DNA of 64,000 nucleotides from an uncultured Actinomycetes bacterium (GCA_963842725.1 CAWJHN010000004.1:254098-318097); one strand, 5' to 3'. Numbered from the stretch's first letter, positions 8,498 through 17,715 are shown. Translations and numbers: made by a program. Notes: a model not told the origin generated them from the sequence alone.

Positions 8498-9847
8498 ATG
8501 CACACCGATCTCGCCGACATCCGTCGTGAGCTGGACACCCTCGGCATCGACGTCCTGCGGCTGGTCTGGTCGGACGTGCTGGGGATCGCCCGGTCAAAGG
8601 ACATCACGGTCTCGCAGCTGGAGCGCGCCGCCGGCCACGGCCCGACCTTCTGCCAGGCCACGTGGACGACGAACACCCGGGGCGATGTGCTCGACGGCCA
8701 CGGCAGCCTGCGTGACGGCCTGTCGGACATGGTGTCGCGGCTCGACCCGAGCACGATCCGCGCCATCCCGTGGGTACCGGGCGTGGCCTACGGGATCGCC
8801 GACATCGATGAGCCCGACGGCTCGCCGAACCCGATCTCGCCGCGCACGTTGCTGCGCCGGGTGATCGCCGAGTACAAGCTGCTGGGGCTCATTCCGATCG
8901 TCGGCCCCGAGCTGGAGTTCTACCTCGCCCACCGGCCGAACGGGTCGTGGGAGCGCATCATCAACAAGGTCGGCCGCGTCTACACGACGGGTTCGATGGT
9001 GGATCCGGACGGCACCTTCCTGCACCTGCTGCGCATGATGGACCGGCTGGCGATCGGTGCCTTCGCGGGAAACCACGAGTTCGCGCCGTCGCAGTACGAG
9101 ATCAACCTGTGGCACGGCGAGGCCCTGGACGCAGCGGATCGCACCTTCCTGCTCAAGGCCGGCATCAAGGACGTCTGCGCGAGCAGGGGCGTCATGGGCA
9201 CCTTCCTCGGCAAGCCCTGGAGCGACGAGGGCGGCAGCGGATTCCATCTGCACCTGTCGGTGACGGACATCGAGGGCGACATGATGATGGACGAGCCCGA
9301 CGGGTCCCCGTCGGTCATCTCCCAGCGCATGACCGCCGGCATCCTGGAGCATGCGGCGGCGCTTGTCGCCTTCTGCAATCCCACGGTCAACGCGTACAAG
9401 CGGCTCGGTCCGGACACGATGGCGCCGTACCGGGCTAACTGGGGCTACGACAACCGCACCACGTTCGTGCGGCTGCCACCGGAGCGAGGTCCCGGGGCGC
9501 GTATCGAGGTCCGGGTCGGGGACGGGGCCGCCAACCCCTACGTGGTCATCGCGGTGGTTCTCGCTGCGGCCCTCGACGGCCTGCGTCGACAGCTCGACTG
9601 CCCGCCCGCGTCCGAGGGCTGGTCGTACACCGACGAGTCGCGCCCGGCGCTGCCGATGTCCCTGGGAGCGGCACTGGATGCGCTCGCGGCCGACCGCTTC
9701 CTGACCGACATCATCGGCGAGCCGTTCGTCGCGGCCTTCGAGACGCTCAAGCGCGACGAGATCGCCCGCTACGAGGCAGCGGTCGACGATCCGGCCACGC
9801 GCGACACCACGCAGTGGGAGCTCGACGAGTACCTCGAGGACTTCTAG
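8498..9847 (+). CDS. Glutamine-synthetase-like gamma-glutamyl-amine ligase
   Basis: GPELEFY, HEFAPSQYEIN, GSGFHLHLS, NAYKRL, WGYDNRT, RIEVR..D.AANPY; the flap reads PDTMAP instead of the GYEAP of ammonia-assimilating GSI. Confidence 0.9.
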   Translation: MHTDLADIRRELDTLGIDVLRLVWSDVLGIARSKDITVSQLERAAGHGPTFCQATWTTNTRGDVLDGHGSLRDGLSDMVSRLDPSTIRAIPWVPGVAYGIADIDEPDGSPNPISPRTLLRRVIAEYKLLGLIPIVGPELEFYLAHRPNGSWERIINKVGRVYTTGSMVDPDGTFLHLLRMMDRLAIGAFAGNHEFAPSQYEINLWHGEALDAADRTFLLKAGIKDVCASRGVMGTFLGKPWSDEGGSGFHLHLSVTDIEGDMMMDEPDGSPSVISQRMTAGILEHAAALVAFCNPTVNAYKRLGPDTMAPYRANWGYDNRTTFVRLPPERGPGARIEVRVGDGAANPYVVIAVVLAAALDGLRRQLDCPPASEGWSYTDESRPALPMSLGAALDALAADRFLTDIIGEPFVAAFETLKRDEIARYEAAVDDPATRDTTQWELDEYLEDF

Positions 9848-9848
9848 C

Positions 9849-9920
9849 GCCGACGCGACCCAGAAGGTCGCGTAATCGGTGGTTCCGCGGCTGTTTCGCG
9901 ACCTTCTGGGTCGCGTCGGC
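9849..9920. repeat. Perfect 24-bp inverted repeat with self-palindromic arms (REP-doublet-like or bidirectional terminator)
   Basis: gccgacgcgacccagaaggtcgcg (9849-9872) and its exact reverse complement (9897-9920), 24-nt spacer, between convergent genes. Confidence 0.85.
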
Positions 9921-9971
9921 GGCGTGGGGTGGGCGGCGGCGTGGGGTGGGCGGCGGCGTGGGGTGGGCGGC
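9921..9971 (+). repeat. G-rich tandem repeat, 3 x 17 bp (ggcgtggggtgggcggc)
   Basis: Three exact contiguous copies. Confidence 0.9.
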
Positions 9972-10006
9972 GGCGCGGAGCGGGCTCGTCAGACGGCGCG
10001 GGCAGG

Positions 10007-10816
10007 TCAGATGGCGCGGGACGCATCGGTGAGCAGCGAGCCCCCCGCGAAGGTCGTGCCCACCTCGACGTAGTACCCCGCGATGACCTCGTCCACGGGC
10101 AGGAGGCTGGCGGGCTCGTCCCATGGCGAGTCGAACAGGGACAGCTCGGCGTCGCCGACCCACGGTTGGCCGAGGTCGACGTCGACCCCGCCCATGGTCA
10201 CGACCTGGGACAGCGACATGCCCGCCCCGGGCGTCAGGGACGGCATGACCCGGTGGTGCACCATCTTGTGGGCGTTGACGAAGCCGTTGGTGTCACTGGG
10301 TTCTCGCAGGGTCACCTTCGCAGTGGCGAGGCGGTGGTCGTAGGCGGCGAGCGACGCCCCGAAGGTGCCGCCCTCCGCGATCCGCGGCGCCGCCGTGCCC
10401 CGGTTGTAGGCACGCGTGACGTACGCGCTGCCGAGCTTCTTCGGGTAGCCCTGGAACCAGCCCCGTCCGATCGCGAAGTCCGTGGTCACCCAGATCAGCA
10501 CGCATCGGCTGTAGGTGACGCCCTGGTACGTGCACCGGACGACGACGAACGCCTCGAGGTACTGCGATCGCGAGGGGTCGAGCAGCTCGGCCCCTCCGCT
10601 GCTGCATGACTGCCAGTCGGCCCAGATGAACGCGACGGCCCCGGGGTCCTGCGGCGCCAGGTCGAGTTCGGGCGGCAGCAGCGCGCGGACGTTCGCCGGG
10701 TCGGTGCGGTACTCGACCGTGAGCAGCGTGCCCGAGTAGTGCCACGGCATCTCCGGCACGAGTGCCGACGCTCCGGACGGCGTGAAGGGCGGTAGGAATC
10801 CGCGGAGTTCTGACAT
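10007..10816 (-). CDS. Acetoacetate-decarboxylase-like superfamily protein, MppR-like aldolase/dehydratase
   Basis: PWHYSG..L.VEYRTDP, FIWADWQSCS.GG.EL.DP.R.QY.E, RGWFQGYPKKLG (Schiff-base Lys); layout matches recalled MppR-type proteins. Confidence 0.85.
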   Translation of the reverse strand: MSELRGFLPPFTPSGASALVPEMPWHYSGTLLTVEYRTDPANVRALLPPELDLAPQDPGAVAFIWADWQSCSSGGAELLDPSRSQYLEAFVVVRCTYQGVTYSRCVLIWVTTDFAIGRGWFQGYPKKLGSAYVTRAYNRGTAAPRIAEGGTFGASLAAYDHRLATAKVTLREPSDTNGFVNAHKMVHHRVMPSLTPGAGMSLSQVVTMGGVDVDLGQPWVGDAELSLFDSPWDEPASLLPVDEVIAGYYVEVGTTFAGGSLLTDASRAI

Positions 10817-10845
10817 AGCGCCGAACCATAGCCCACGGCAATCGA

Positions 10846-10863
10846 TCGTTTGCGCCCGAATGT
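10846..10863. promoter_or_regulatory. Palindromic operator copy (TCGTTTGCGCCCGAATGT)
   Basis: Degenerate consensus match upstream of the MppR-like gene. Confidence 0.5.
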
Positions 10864-10895
10864 CAAGGAAGTTGACGGCAAATCGAGCCAATCGC

Positions 10896-10950
10896 TTGAC
10901 GCGCGCATCTCCATGCATCAGTCTCCTCCCTATCGTTCGGGTCCTTACGA
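10896..10950 (+). promoter_or_regulatory. SigA-type promoter (TTGACG-17-CAGTCT) followed by operator copy TCGTTCGGGTCCTTACGA (10933-10950)
   Basis: Canonical 17-nt spacing; the operator begins 8 nt after the -10 element, as at 6331 and 8431. Confidence 0.65.
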
Positions 10951-10989
10951 CTCTTGACGCTGCCCCCGCGACCGACTAGGAGAACCTTG

Positions 10990-12518
10990 ATGGCTGGCCT
11001 GCAACCCGCTCCGGAGGAGACACCGGACACCGCGCTCCATCACGGTCGCCTCGGAGTGCTCGGGATCGTCTTCTTCGTCGTCGCGGCTGCGGCCCCCCTG
11101 GTCGGGATGACCGGCGCGGTGCCCGTCGCGATCGTGGTGGGCAACGGGGCCGCTGCCCCGGGTGCCTACCTCGTGGTGGGCCTCGTCCTCCTGCTCTTCA
11201 GCGTCGGCTACGGCGCCATGGGCCGTCATGTCACGAATGCCGGCGCCTTCTTCGCGTACGTGGGCCGCGGCATGGGCATCGCTCCCGGCGTCGGGCTCGG
11301 CCTTCGTCTCCCTGGTCGCCTACCTCGCCATCCAGCTCGCGATCTTCGGCTTCTTCGGCGGGCTCATGGCCGGCCAGATGAATGCCCAGTTCGGCCTCGA
11401 CTGGCCGTGGTACGTCTGGACGCTGCTCTCCTGGGCACTCGTCCTCGTTCTGTCCCTGGCGAGCGTCGACATCGGCGCCAAGGTGCTCGGCGTGCTGATG
11501 GGCCTCGAACTCCTGTCGCTCCTGGTCGTGGGGCTCGCGGTGCTCTTCAGCGGTGGCGGGCCCGAGGGCTTCGACCTCGCTGCCTCGTTCGCCCCGAGCA
11601 ACATCTTCGTGGGCGGCTTCGCCGGATCGGCTGGCATCGCCCTCGCGTTCGCGTTCGCGTCCTACATCGGCTTCGAGGCCACCGCGATCTACGGCGAGGA
11701 GTCGAAGGAGCCGCACAAGACCGTGCCGCGCGCGACGTACGTCGCCGTCATCGTGATCACGGTCCTGTTCGCGCTGACCGCCTGGGCCATCGTCTCGGGA
11801 CTGGGGACGTCGGTCGTCGTCGACCGGGTCGTCGAGCTGACGACGATCGACGGAGTGCCGCTCGCGGACCCGGCGCAGGCACTCTTCGCGGTCGCGACGG
11901 AGTACGTGGGCTCCTGGCTGGCGACCGTCATGAGCTGGCTCGTGATCTCGAGCCTGTTCGCCGGCCTGCTCGCGTTCCAGAATTCGGCTGCGCGCTACTT
12001 CTTCGCCATGGGCCGGGCCGGCGTGCTCCCGGCGAAGCTCGACCACGTGAACAAGTCGGGTGCGCCCGTGTGGGCGTCGGTGACGACGTCGGTGGTCACC
12101 CTCCTGGTCATCGTCATCTTCATCGTCCAGGAGCTCGACCCCATCGTGAACATGTTCTTCTGGTTCAGCGGCATGACGGTCGTGGCGATCGTGTTCGTCG
12201 AGATGCTGGTGTGCGTCTCGGTGATCATCTTCTTCCGGCGCGAGCCGCTCGACCGGCGCCCGTGGAACACGATCATCGCTCCGGCGCTGTCGTTCGTCGC
12301 ACTGCTCATCGGCGAGTTCCTGCTCACGTCCCGGTTCGGCCTGCTCGCCGGCACCGTCGCCGAGGGCGTCGATCCCGACCACCGCCGCGTGGGGCCTGAA
12401 CACCACCGGGTGGATCCTCGTGACGACGCCGTTCGTCATCTTCATCCTCGGCGTCCTCATCGGCTCGGTCCGGCAGAACAAGGAGAACGTCGACGCGGTC
12501 GCCGACCTCGTGACCTGA
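10990..12518 (+). CDS. APC-family amino acid/amine permease; two apparent +1 frameshifts (about 11293-11295 and 12374-12376)
   Basis: LGVLGIVFFVVAAAAPL, NAGAFFAYV, SYIGFEATAIYGEE..P..TVPRATY, RYFFAMGRAGVLP; removing one G and one C restores a single ORF ending ...AVADLVT*. Confidence 0.88.
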
Positions 12519-12555
12519 TCGGCCCGCACCTCGCCGAGCGACGTCGCCGGACCGA

Positions 12556-13515
12556 TCAGCGCGATCGCTCGGCGAGGAACACGCCCGCGAGGACCACGAA
12601 GGCACCCACCACCTGCAGGGGATAGAGGGTCTCGCCCAGCGCGACCCAGGCGATCAGGATCGCCAGCAGCGGCTCGGTCATGCCCACCACCGACGCCTGG
12701 GATGCCCGAATGTGGTGGAGCGAGACGACGACGAGCCAGAACGGCACGACCGTGCCGAGCACGATCATGTACGAGCACAGGGCCCATAGGGGCACGGCCG
12801 GCCCGGTGTCGCCGAGCGGGAATCCTTCACCGGACAGGGCCGACCACGGGAACGACCACCACGGCTGCACGATGGCCCAGAACAGGGCCGCGGCGCCGAA
12901 CCCCCACATCGTCAGCGACACGGGATCCCGCGGGTGAGGTCCGCGCACCTGCCGGTCGGCCAGCAGGTAGTAGATCGCCAGCGCGCCGGCCGCACCGAAC
13001 CCGGCGATGACGCCGAGCCCGTCGAGGGTGAAGCCCGCCCACACCTGGCCGACGAGGGCGAGCCCGAACAGGGCCAGGACGAGGGCGAGCCAGACCCGTC
13101 CGCTGACGTCCTCGTGCATGCCGAACCTGAACCAGAGGGCGACCATGATCGGTGCGGTGAACTCGATCAGCAGGGCGACGCCCACCGGCAGCCGGCTGAT
13201 CGAGACGAAGTACAGGTACTGCGTCATCGCGATCCCGAGGATCCCGTAGGCGAGCAGGACGGGGACCTCGGCGCGTCGGATCCGCAGCGCCGGGCGCCGG
13301 GTGAGTCCGACGACGACCAGCAGGATCGCGAACGCGGCCGTCACGCGCAGCTGCGAGAGTCGGGCGGCGTCGATCCCGCTGAGGAGGATCGACTTGGAGA
13401 TCGTGCCGTTCAGCGCGAACAGGGCCGCGGCGACCAGGTAGAGCGCGTACCCGCGAGCCGGACGGGGATGGCGTGAGGCAGTGACGCCGGGAAGCGGCTC
13501 GGCGAGGTCGCTCAC
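12556..13515 (-). CDS. EamA/DMT-family transporter
   Basis: About 10 hydrophobic segments, LPVGVALLIEFTAP, EPLLAILIAWVALGETL; GTG overlaps the glgA stop. Confidence 0.88.
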   Translation of the reverse strand: MSDLAEPLPGVTASRHPRPARGYALYLVAAALFALNGTISKSILLSGIDAARLSQLRVTAAFAILLVVVGLTRRPALRIRRAEVPVLLAYGILGIAMTQYLYFVSISRLPVGVALLIEFTAPIMVALWFRFGMHEDVSGRVWLALVLALFGLALVGQVWAGFTLDGLGVIAGFGAAGALAIYYLLADRQVRGPHPRDPVSLTMWGFGAAALFWAIVQPWWSFPWSALSGEGFPLGDTGPAVPLWALCSYMIVLGTVVPFWLVVVSLHHIRASQASVVGMTEPLLAILIAWVALGETLYPLQVVGAFVVLAGVFLAERSR

Positions 13516-14675
13516 GCCCGCAGAGCGGCCTCGTACACGGCGATCGTCTGGTCGGCGATCGCGTCCCAGCCGAACTCCGCAACGGCTCGGGTCCGGCCCG
13601 CGACGCCCATGGCCCGCGCTCGGGACTGATCGGCGGCGATGACGTTGACCGCATCGGCGAAGGCGAACTCGAAGGCCCTCGGCTCGCTCGCGTCGTAGGG
13701 CACCAGCAGACCGGTCTCGCCGTTGACGACGACCTCCGGGATGCCGCCGACCGCACTCGCGACCACGGCGGTCTCGCAGGCCATGGCCTCGAGGTTGACG
13801 ATGCCGAGCGGCTCGTAGATGGACGGGCAGACGAAGGCGAGGGCGTGCGTGAAGAGCTGGACCAGCTTGGGCCGGACCACCTGCTCCTGGATCCAGATCA
13901 CGCTGGCCTCGCCGCGCTCGGCGCGCAACTGCTCGACGCCGGCCGAGGTCTCCTCGCCGATCTCCTTCGTGTCGGGCGAGGAGGCGCACAGGACGAGGGT
14001 CACGTCGTCATCGAAACGGCGGGCCGCGTTGATGAGATGGACGATGCCCTTCTGCCGCGTGATGCGGCCGACGAACAGGACGTAGGGTCGGTCCTGGTCG
14101 ATGCCGAACTCGGCGAGCGCATCGGTGCCGCGATCGGGGTGGTACACGGTGGTGTCGATGCCGTTGTGCACGACGTGCACCCGGTCGGGGTCGACCTTCG
14201 GATACGCGGACAGGACGTCGCCGCGCATTCCGTGGCTGACGGCGATGATGGCGTCGGCGCCCTCGTAGGCGGTCCGTTCGACCCAGGAGGAGACGCGGTA
14301 CCCGCCGCCCAGCTGCTCCTCCTTCCAGGGGCGCAGCGGCTCGAGCGAATGGGCCGACAGCACGTGCGGGACGCCGTGCAGCAGCGCCCCGACGTGACCG
14401 GCGAAGTTGGCATACCAGGTATGCGAATGCAGGAGGTCGACCCCGGCGGTCGCGCCGACCATCTCGAGGTCGACTCCCAGGGTCTGGATCGCCGCGTTGG
14501 CGGCGAGCAGCGAGGCCGGGACCGCGTGCGCGATGGCGTCTCCGCGGGGCGCACCGAAGCAGTGGACGTCGACCTCGATCTTGCGCCGCAGCTCGGCGGC
14601 GAGGTGCTCGACGTGGACGCCGGCCCCTCCGTAGACGTCCGGTGGCCACTCGCGGGTCAGCATTCCGATTCTCAC
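13512..14675 (-). CDS. glgA: GT4 glycogen synthase / alpha-maltose-1-phosphate synthase (GlgA/GlgM)
   Basis: TREWPPDVYGGAGVHV, HSHTWY, FVGRITRQKG, YEPLGIVNLEAMAC; divergent from glgC. Confidence 0.93.
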   Translation of the reverse strand: MRIGMLTREWPPDVYGGAGVHVEHLAAELRRKIEVDVHCFGAPRGDAIAHAVPASLLAANAAIQTLGVDLEMVGATAGVDLLHSHTWYANFAGHVGALLHGVPHVLSAHSLEPLRPWKEEQLGGGYRVSSWVERTAYEGADAIIAVSHGMRGDVLSAYPKVDPDRVHVVHNGIDTTVYHPDRGTDALAEFGIDQDRPYVLFVGRITRQKGIVHLINAARRFDDDVTLVLCASSPDTKEIGEETSAGVEQLRAERGEASVIWIQEQVVRPKLVQLFTHALAFVCPSIYEPLGIVNLEAMACETAVVASAVGGIPEVVVNGETGLLVPYDASEPRAFEFAFADAVNVIAADQSRARAMGVAGRTRAVAEFGWDAIADQTIAVYEAALRA

Positions 14676-14743
14676 GATACGGAGCCTAGAGGTCTTGTCT
14701 GCATGCCGCCGCAGGACCGTCCCAATCTGTATATGGTGAGGTG

Positions 14744-15967
14744 GTGAGCGCTGATCCGCACGTCCTGGCAATGGTCCTTGCAGGTGGCGAGGGCAAGCGC
14801 CTGATGCCGCTGACAGCCGACCGGGCGAAGCCCGCGGTCCCCTTCGGGGGGTCCTACCGTCTGGTCGATTTCGTCCTCTCGAACCTCATCAACGCCGGCC
14901 TGCGCCGCGTGTGCGTCCTGACGCAGTACAAGTCGCACAGTCTCGACCGGCACGTGACGCAGACGTGGCGCATGCCGACCCTGCTCGGCGACTACGTCAC
15001 GCCGGTGCCGGCGCAGCAGCGCCTGGGACCGCGGTGGTACACCGGAAGCGCCGACGCCATCTTCCAGAGCCTGAACCTGGTCTACGACGAGGCACCGGAC
15101 TATGTCGTCGTGTTCGGCGCCGACCACGTCTACCGCATGGATCCGATGCAGATGATCCAGTCGCACATCGCGAGCGGCGCCGGTGTCACCGTGGCCGGGA
15201 TCCGGATGCCCAAGGCGATGTCGAGCGAGTTCGGCGTCATCCAGACGTCGCCGGACGGCCGCAAGATCGCCAACTTCCTGGAGAAGCCCGCCGATCCGCC
15301 CACCATCCCCGGCGATGACGAGCACTGCTACGTGTCGATGGGCAACTACGTCTTCACGACGTCGACCCTGATCGAGGTGCTCAAGGCCGACGCCGCGGAC
15401 CCGGCATCGGTCCACGACATGGGCGGCAACATCATCCCCATGATGACCGACCAGGGCGAGGCCCAGGTGTACGACTTCGCCGAGAACGTGATCACCGGAG
15501 CCACGGATCGCGACCGCGGCTACTGGCGCGACGTCGGAACCCTGGACAGCTACCACGACGCCCACATGGACCTGGTGTCCGTGCACCCCATCTTCAACCT
15601 CTACAACCGGCGCTGGCCGATCCTGTCCAACCTGCCCTCGCTGCCGCCCGCCAAGTTCGTCGAGGGCGGCAACGCCCACGAGTCGATGGTCGGTGCCGGC
15701 ACGATCATCTCCGGTGCCCACGTTCGCACCTCCGTCCTGGCCACGAGCGTCGCGGTCGACGCCGGTGCCTACGTGGAGGGCAGCGTCATCATGCCCGGCG
15801 TGCGGATCGGCCGGAATGCGGTGGTCCGTCGGGCGATCCTCGACAAGAACGTCGTGATCCCCGACGGCGCGCAGATCGGTGTCGACGTCGAGCGTGATCG
15901 CGCGCTGTACACGGTGAGCGACGCCGGCGTCGTCTGCCTCGGCAAGGGCGTCACGGCCCAACTGTGA
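14744..15967 (+). CDS. glgC: Glucose-1-phosphate adenylyltransferase
   Basis: [49 protein letters not shown] -10 lies 6 nt upstream (leaderless). Confidence 0.96.
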   Translation: MSADPHVLAMVLAGGEGKRLMPLTADRAKPAVPFGGSYRLVDFVLSNLINAGLRRVCVLTQYKSHSLDRHVTQTWRMPTLLGDYVTPVPAQQRLGPRWYTGSADAIFQSLNLVYDEAPDYVVVFGADHVYRMDPMQMIQSHIASGAGVTVAGIRMPKAMSSEFGVIQTSPDGRKIANFLEKPADPPTIPGDDEHCYVSMGNYVFTTSTLIEVLKADAADPASVHDMGGNIIPMMTDQGEAQVYDFAENVITGATDRDRGYWRDVGTLDSYHDAHMDLVSVHPIFNLYNRRWPILSNLPSLPPAKFVEGGNAHESMVGAGTIISGAHVRTSVLATSVAVDAGAYVEGSVIMPGVRIGRNAVVRRAILDKNVVIPDGAQIGVDVERDRALYTVSDAGVVCLGKGVTAQL

Positions 15968-16001
15968 TCCACCGCGTCGACCGGTGACGGCCGGCCGGTG
16001 C

Positions 16002-16823
16002 CTACTGCCCCTCGGGTGCGTCGTCGACGAGGTCTGACGGAGGTGCGGTCAGGTCGAGCATCGTCCCGAAGTCGCTCAGCGACGTGGACATGAAGGCGGA
16101 TGCGGCCTCGCCGTCCGCGAGGCGCAGCAGACGGTCGACTCGGACCACGTGCTCGCTGGCATCGAGCCATACCGTGACGTCGATGCGTGCGTCGCGCACC
16201 GCGTCGCCGAGCCCGTCCAGCTCCTCGTCGGTGAGTCCCATGGCCCGGAGATCCGACGGATCGGCCCGAAGGCTGCCGCGGTAGCGGGTGGTTGCCTGCC
16301 CGGCCAGTATCTCCGTGCCGTCGACGGCCACCCCGCCCAGCGACTCGAGTCGGCGCAAGGGATCTGCCGCTCCCGAAGTGGGGGTCGAGCCCGCGTCGAC
16401 GCCGCTCGCGGGGAGCCGAAGCCATCGACCGTCCGGCGGACTGACCTGGACGAGGATCCACCGGTCGGTCACGAGCTCGCGGGTGGCGCCCGCCCCGCCC
16501 GTCCACGTGAAGTCGCCGAGGCCCGCGGCGAGGTCCGAGCCGCCCCTGCCGTGCAGCACGCGCTCCGTCGAGCCGACCCGGGTCATCAGGTCGACGGACA
16601 GGAGAGCCGATCCGATCGACTCGGTGCCGATGACCGCCGAGACGAAGCCGTCGGCGGACGGGCTCGGCGGGATCGGGGACGAGGCCGGGGACGAGGCAGG
16701 GGACGCGGCCGGGACGGACGACGGCCGAGTCGGCGCGACCACCACCTTGGTGCCGCAGGCCACCAGGGCCAGCGCGACGACGACGGCCGGCAGGGCGGCC
16801 AATGCGACGCTTCGCGCCTTCAT
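16002..16823 (-). CDS. Putative lipoprotein (LppX/LprAFG-like)
   Basis: Signal peptide with lipobox LVAC, Pro/Ser linker, C-terminal VWLD...SDFG..L..P. Confidence 0.65.
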   Translation of the reverse strand: MKARSVALAALPAVVVALALVACGTKVVVAPTRPSSVPAASPASSPASSPIPPSPSADGFVSAVIGTESIGSALLSVDLMTRVGSTERVLHGRGGSDLAAGLGDFTWTGGAGATRELVTDRWILVQVSPPDGRWLRLPASGVDAGSTPTSGAADPLRRLESLGGVAVDGTEILAGQATTRYRGSLRADPSDLRAMGLTDEELDGLGDAVRDARIDVTVWLDASEHVVRVDRLLRLADGEAASAFMSTSLSDFGTMLDLTAPPSDLVDDAPEGQ

Positions 16824-16851
16824 GCGCCTAGTGGACCACGGACCTGCGCGC

Positions 16852-17715
16852 TCAGCCGACTCGCCCCGAGATGTAGTCCTCGGTGCGTGGATCCTTCGGG
16901 CTGCTGAAGATGTCGCGGGTCACACCCGCCTCGACGAGGCGACCGCGCCGTCGGCCCAGCTCGTCGAGCTCGGCGGTGAAGAAGACGGTGCGGTCCGACA
17001 CCCGCGCCGCCTGCTGCATGTTGTGGGTGACGATCACGATCGTGTAGTCCTGCGCCAGCTGCTGCATCAGGTCCTCGATGCGTGCAGTGGCGACCGGGTC
17101 GAGCGATGCGCACGGCTCGTCCATCAGGATGACCTCGGGGCGGACCGCGATGCAGCGGGCGATGACGAGTCGCTGCTGCTGACCGCCCGAGAGTGCGTAC
17201 GCGTTCTGGCGGAGGTCGTCCTTCACCTCGTCCCACAGGGCGGCGCGGGTGAGGCAGTCCTCGACGAGGTCGTCGAGGTCGACCTTCATGCCGTTGACCC
17301 GCGGTCCGTACGCGATGTTGTCGTAGATGGACTTGGGGAACACGTTCGGCTTCTGGAAGACCATGCCGATGCGCCGGCGCACCTCGATCGGATCGACCTC
17401 AGGGCCGTAGAGGTCGGTGCCGTGGTAGCTGAGCAGCCCGCTGAGCCGCGCCTCCGGGATGAGGTCGTTCATGCGGTTGAAGGCACGCAGCAGGCTCGTC
17501 TTGCCGCAGCCGCTGGGGCCGATGAACGCCGTGATCTCGTTCTTCAGGATGCTCAGCGACACGTCGCCGAGCGCCTCATGGTCGCCGTAGTGGATTCCGA
17601 CGCTCTCGAGCGTGAACACCGGGCCGAGCGCCTCGGCCATCCGGTCCCGGTCGGACTGCGGACCGAGGCCCTCGAACGTCCAGCCCGGTACCCGCGGACT
17701 CTCGGAGTCGGTCAT
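16852..17715 (-). CDS. pstB: Phosphate ABC transporter ATPase
   Basis: [52 protein letters not shown]. Confidence 0.96.
   Translation of the reverse strand: MTDSESPRVPGWTFEGLGPQSDRDRMAEALGPVFTLESVGIHYGDHEALGDVSLSILKNEITAFIGPSGCGKTSLLRAFNRMNDLIPEARLSGLLSYHGTDLYGPEVDPIEVRRRIGMVFQKPNVFPKSIYDNIAYGPRVNGMKVDLDDLVEDCLTRAALWDEVKDDLRQNAYALSGGQQQRLVIARCIAVRPEVILMDEPCASLDPVATARIEDLMQQLAQDYTIVIVTHNMQQAARVSDRTVFFTAELDELGRRRGRLVEAGVTRDIFSSPKDPRTEDYISGRVG

Noticed and set aside
6383..9847. Identification with the mycobacterial PipA/MorA (CYP151) cyclic-amine system, which also pairs a P450, ferredoxin and GS-like gene
   Set aside because: I cannot match this P450 to CYP151 by eye, and that system would not need an extradiol cleavage module; the CYP family needs a database search
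9849..9971. Possible CRISPR array
   Set aside because: The repeats are contiguous with no unique spacers, and no cas genes are present
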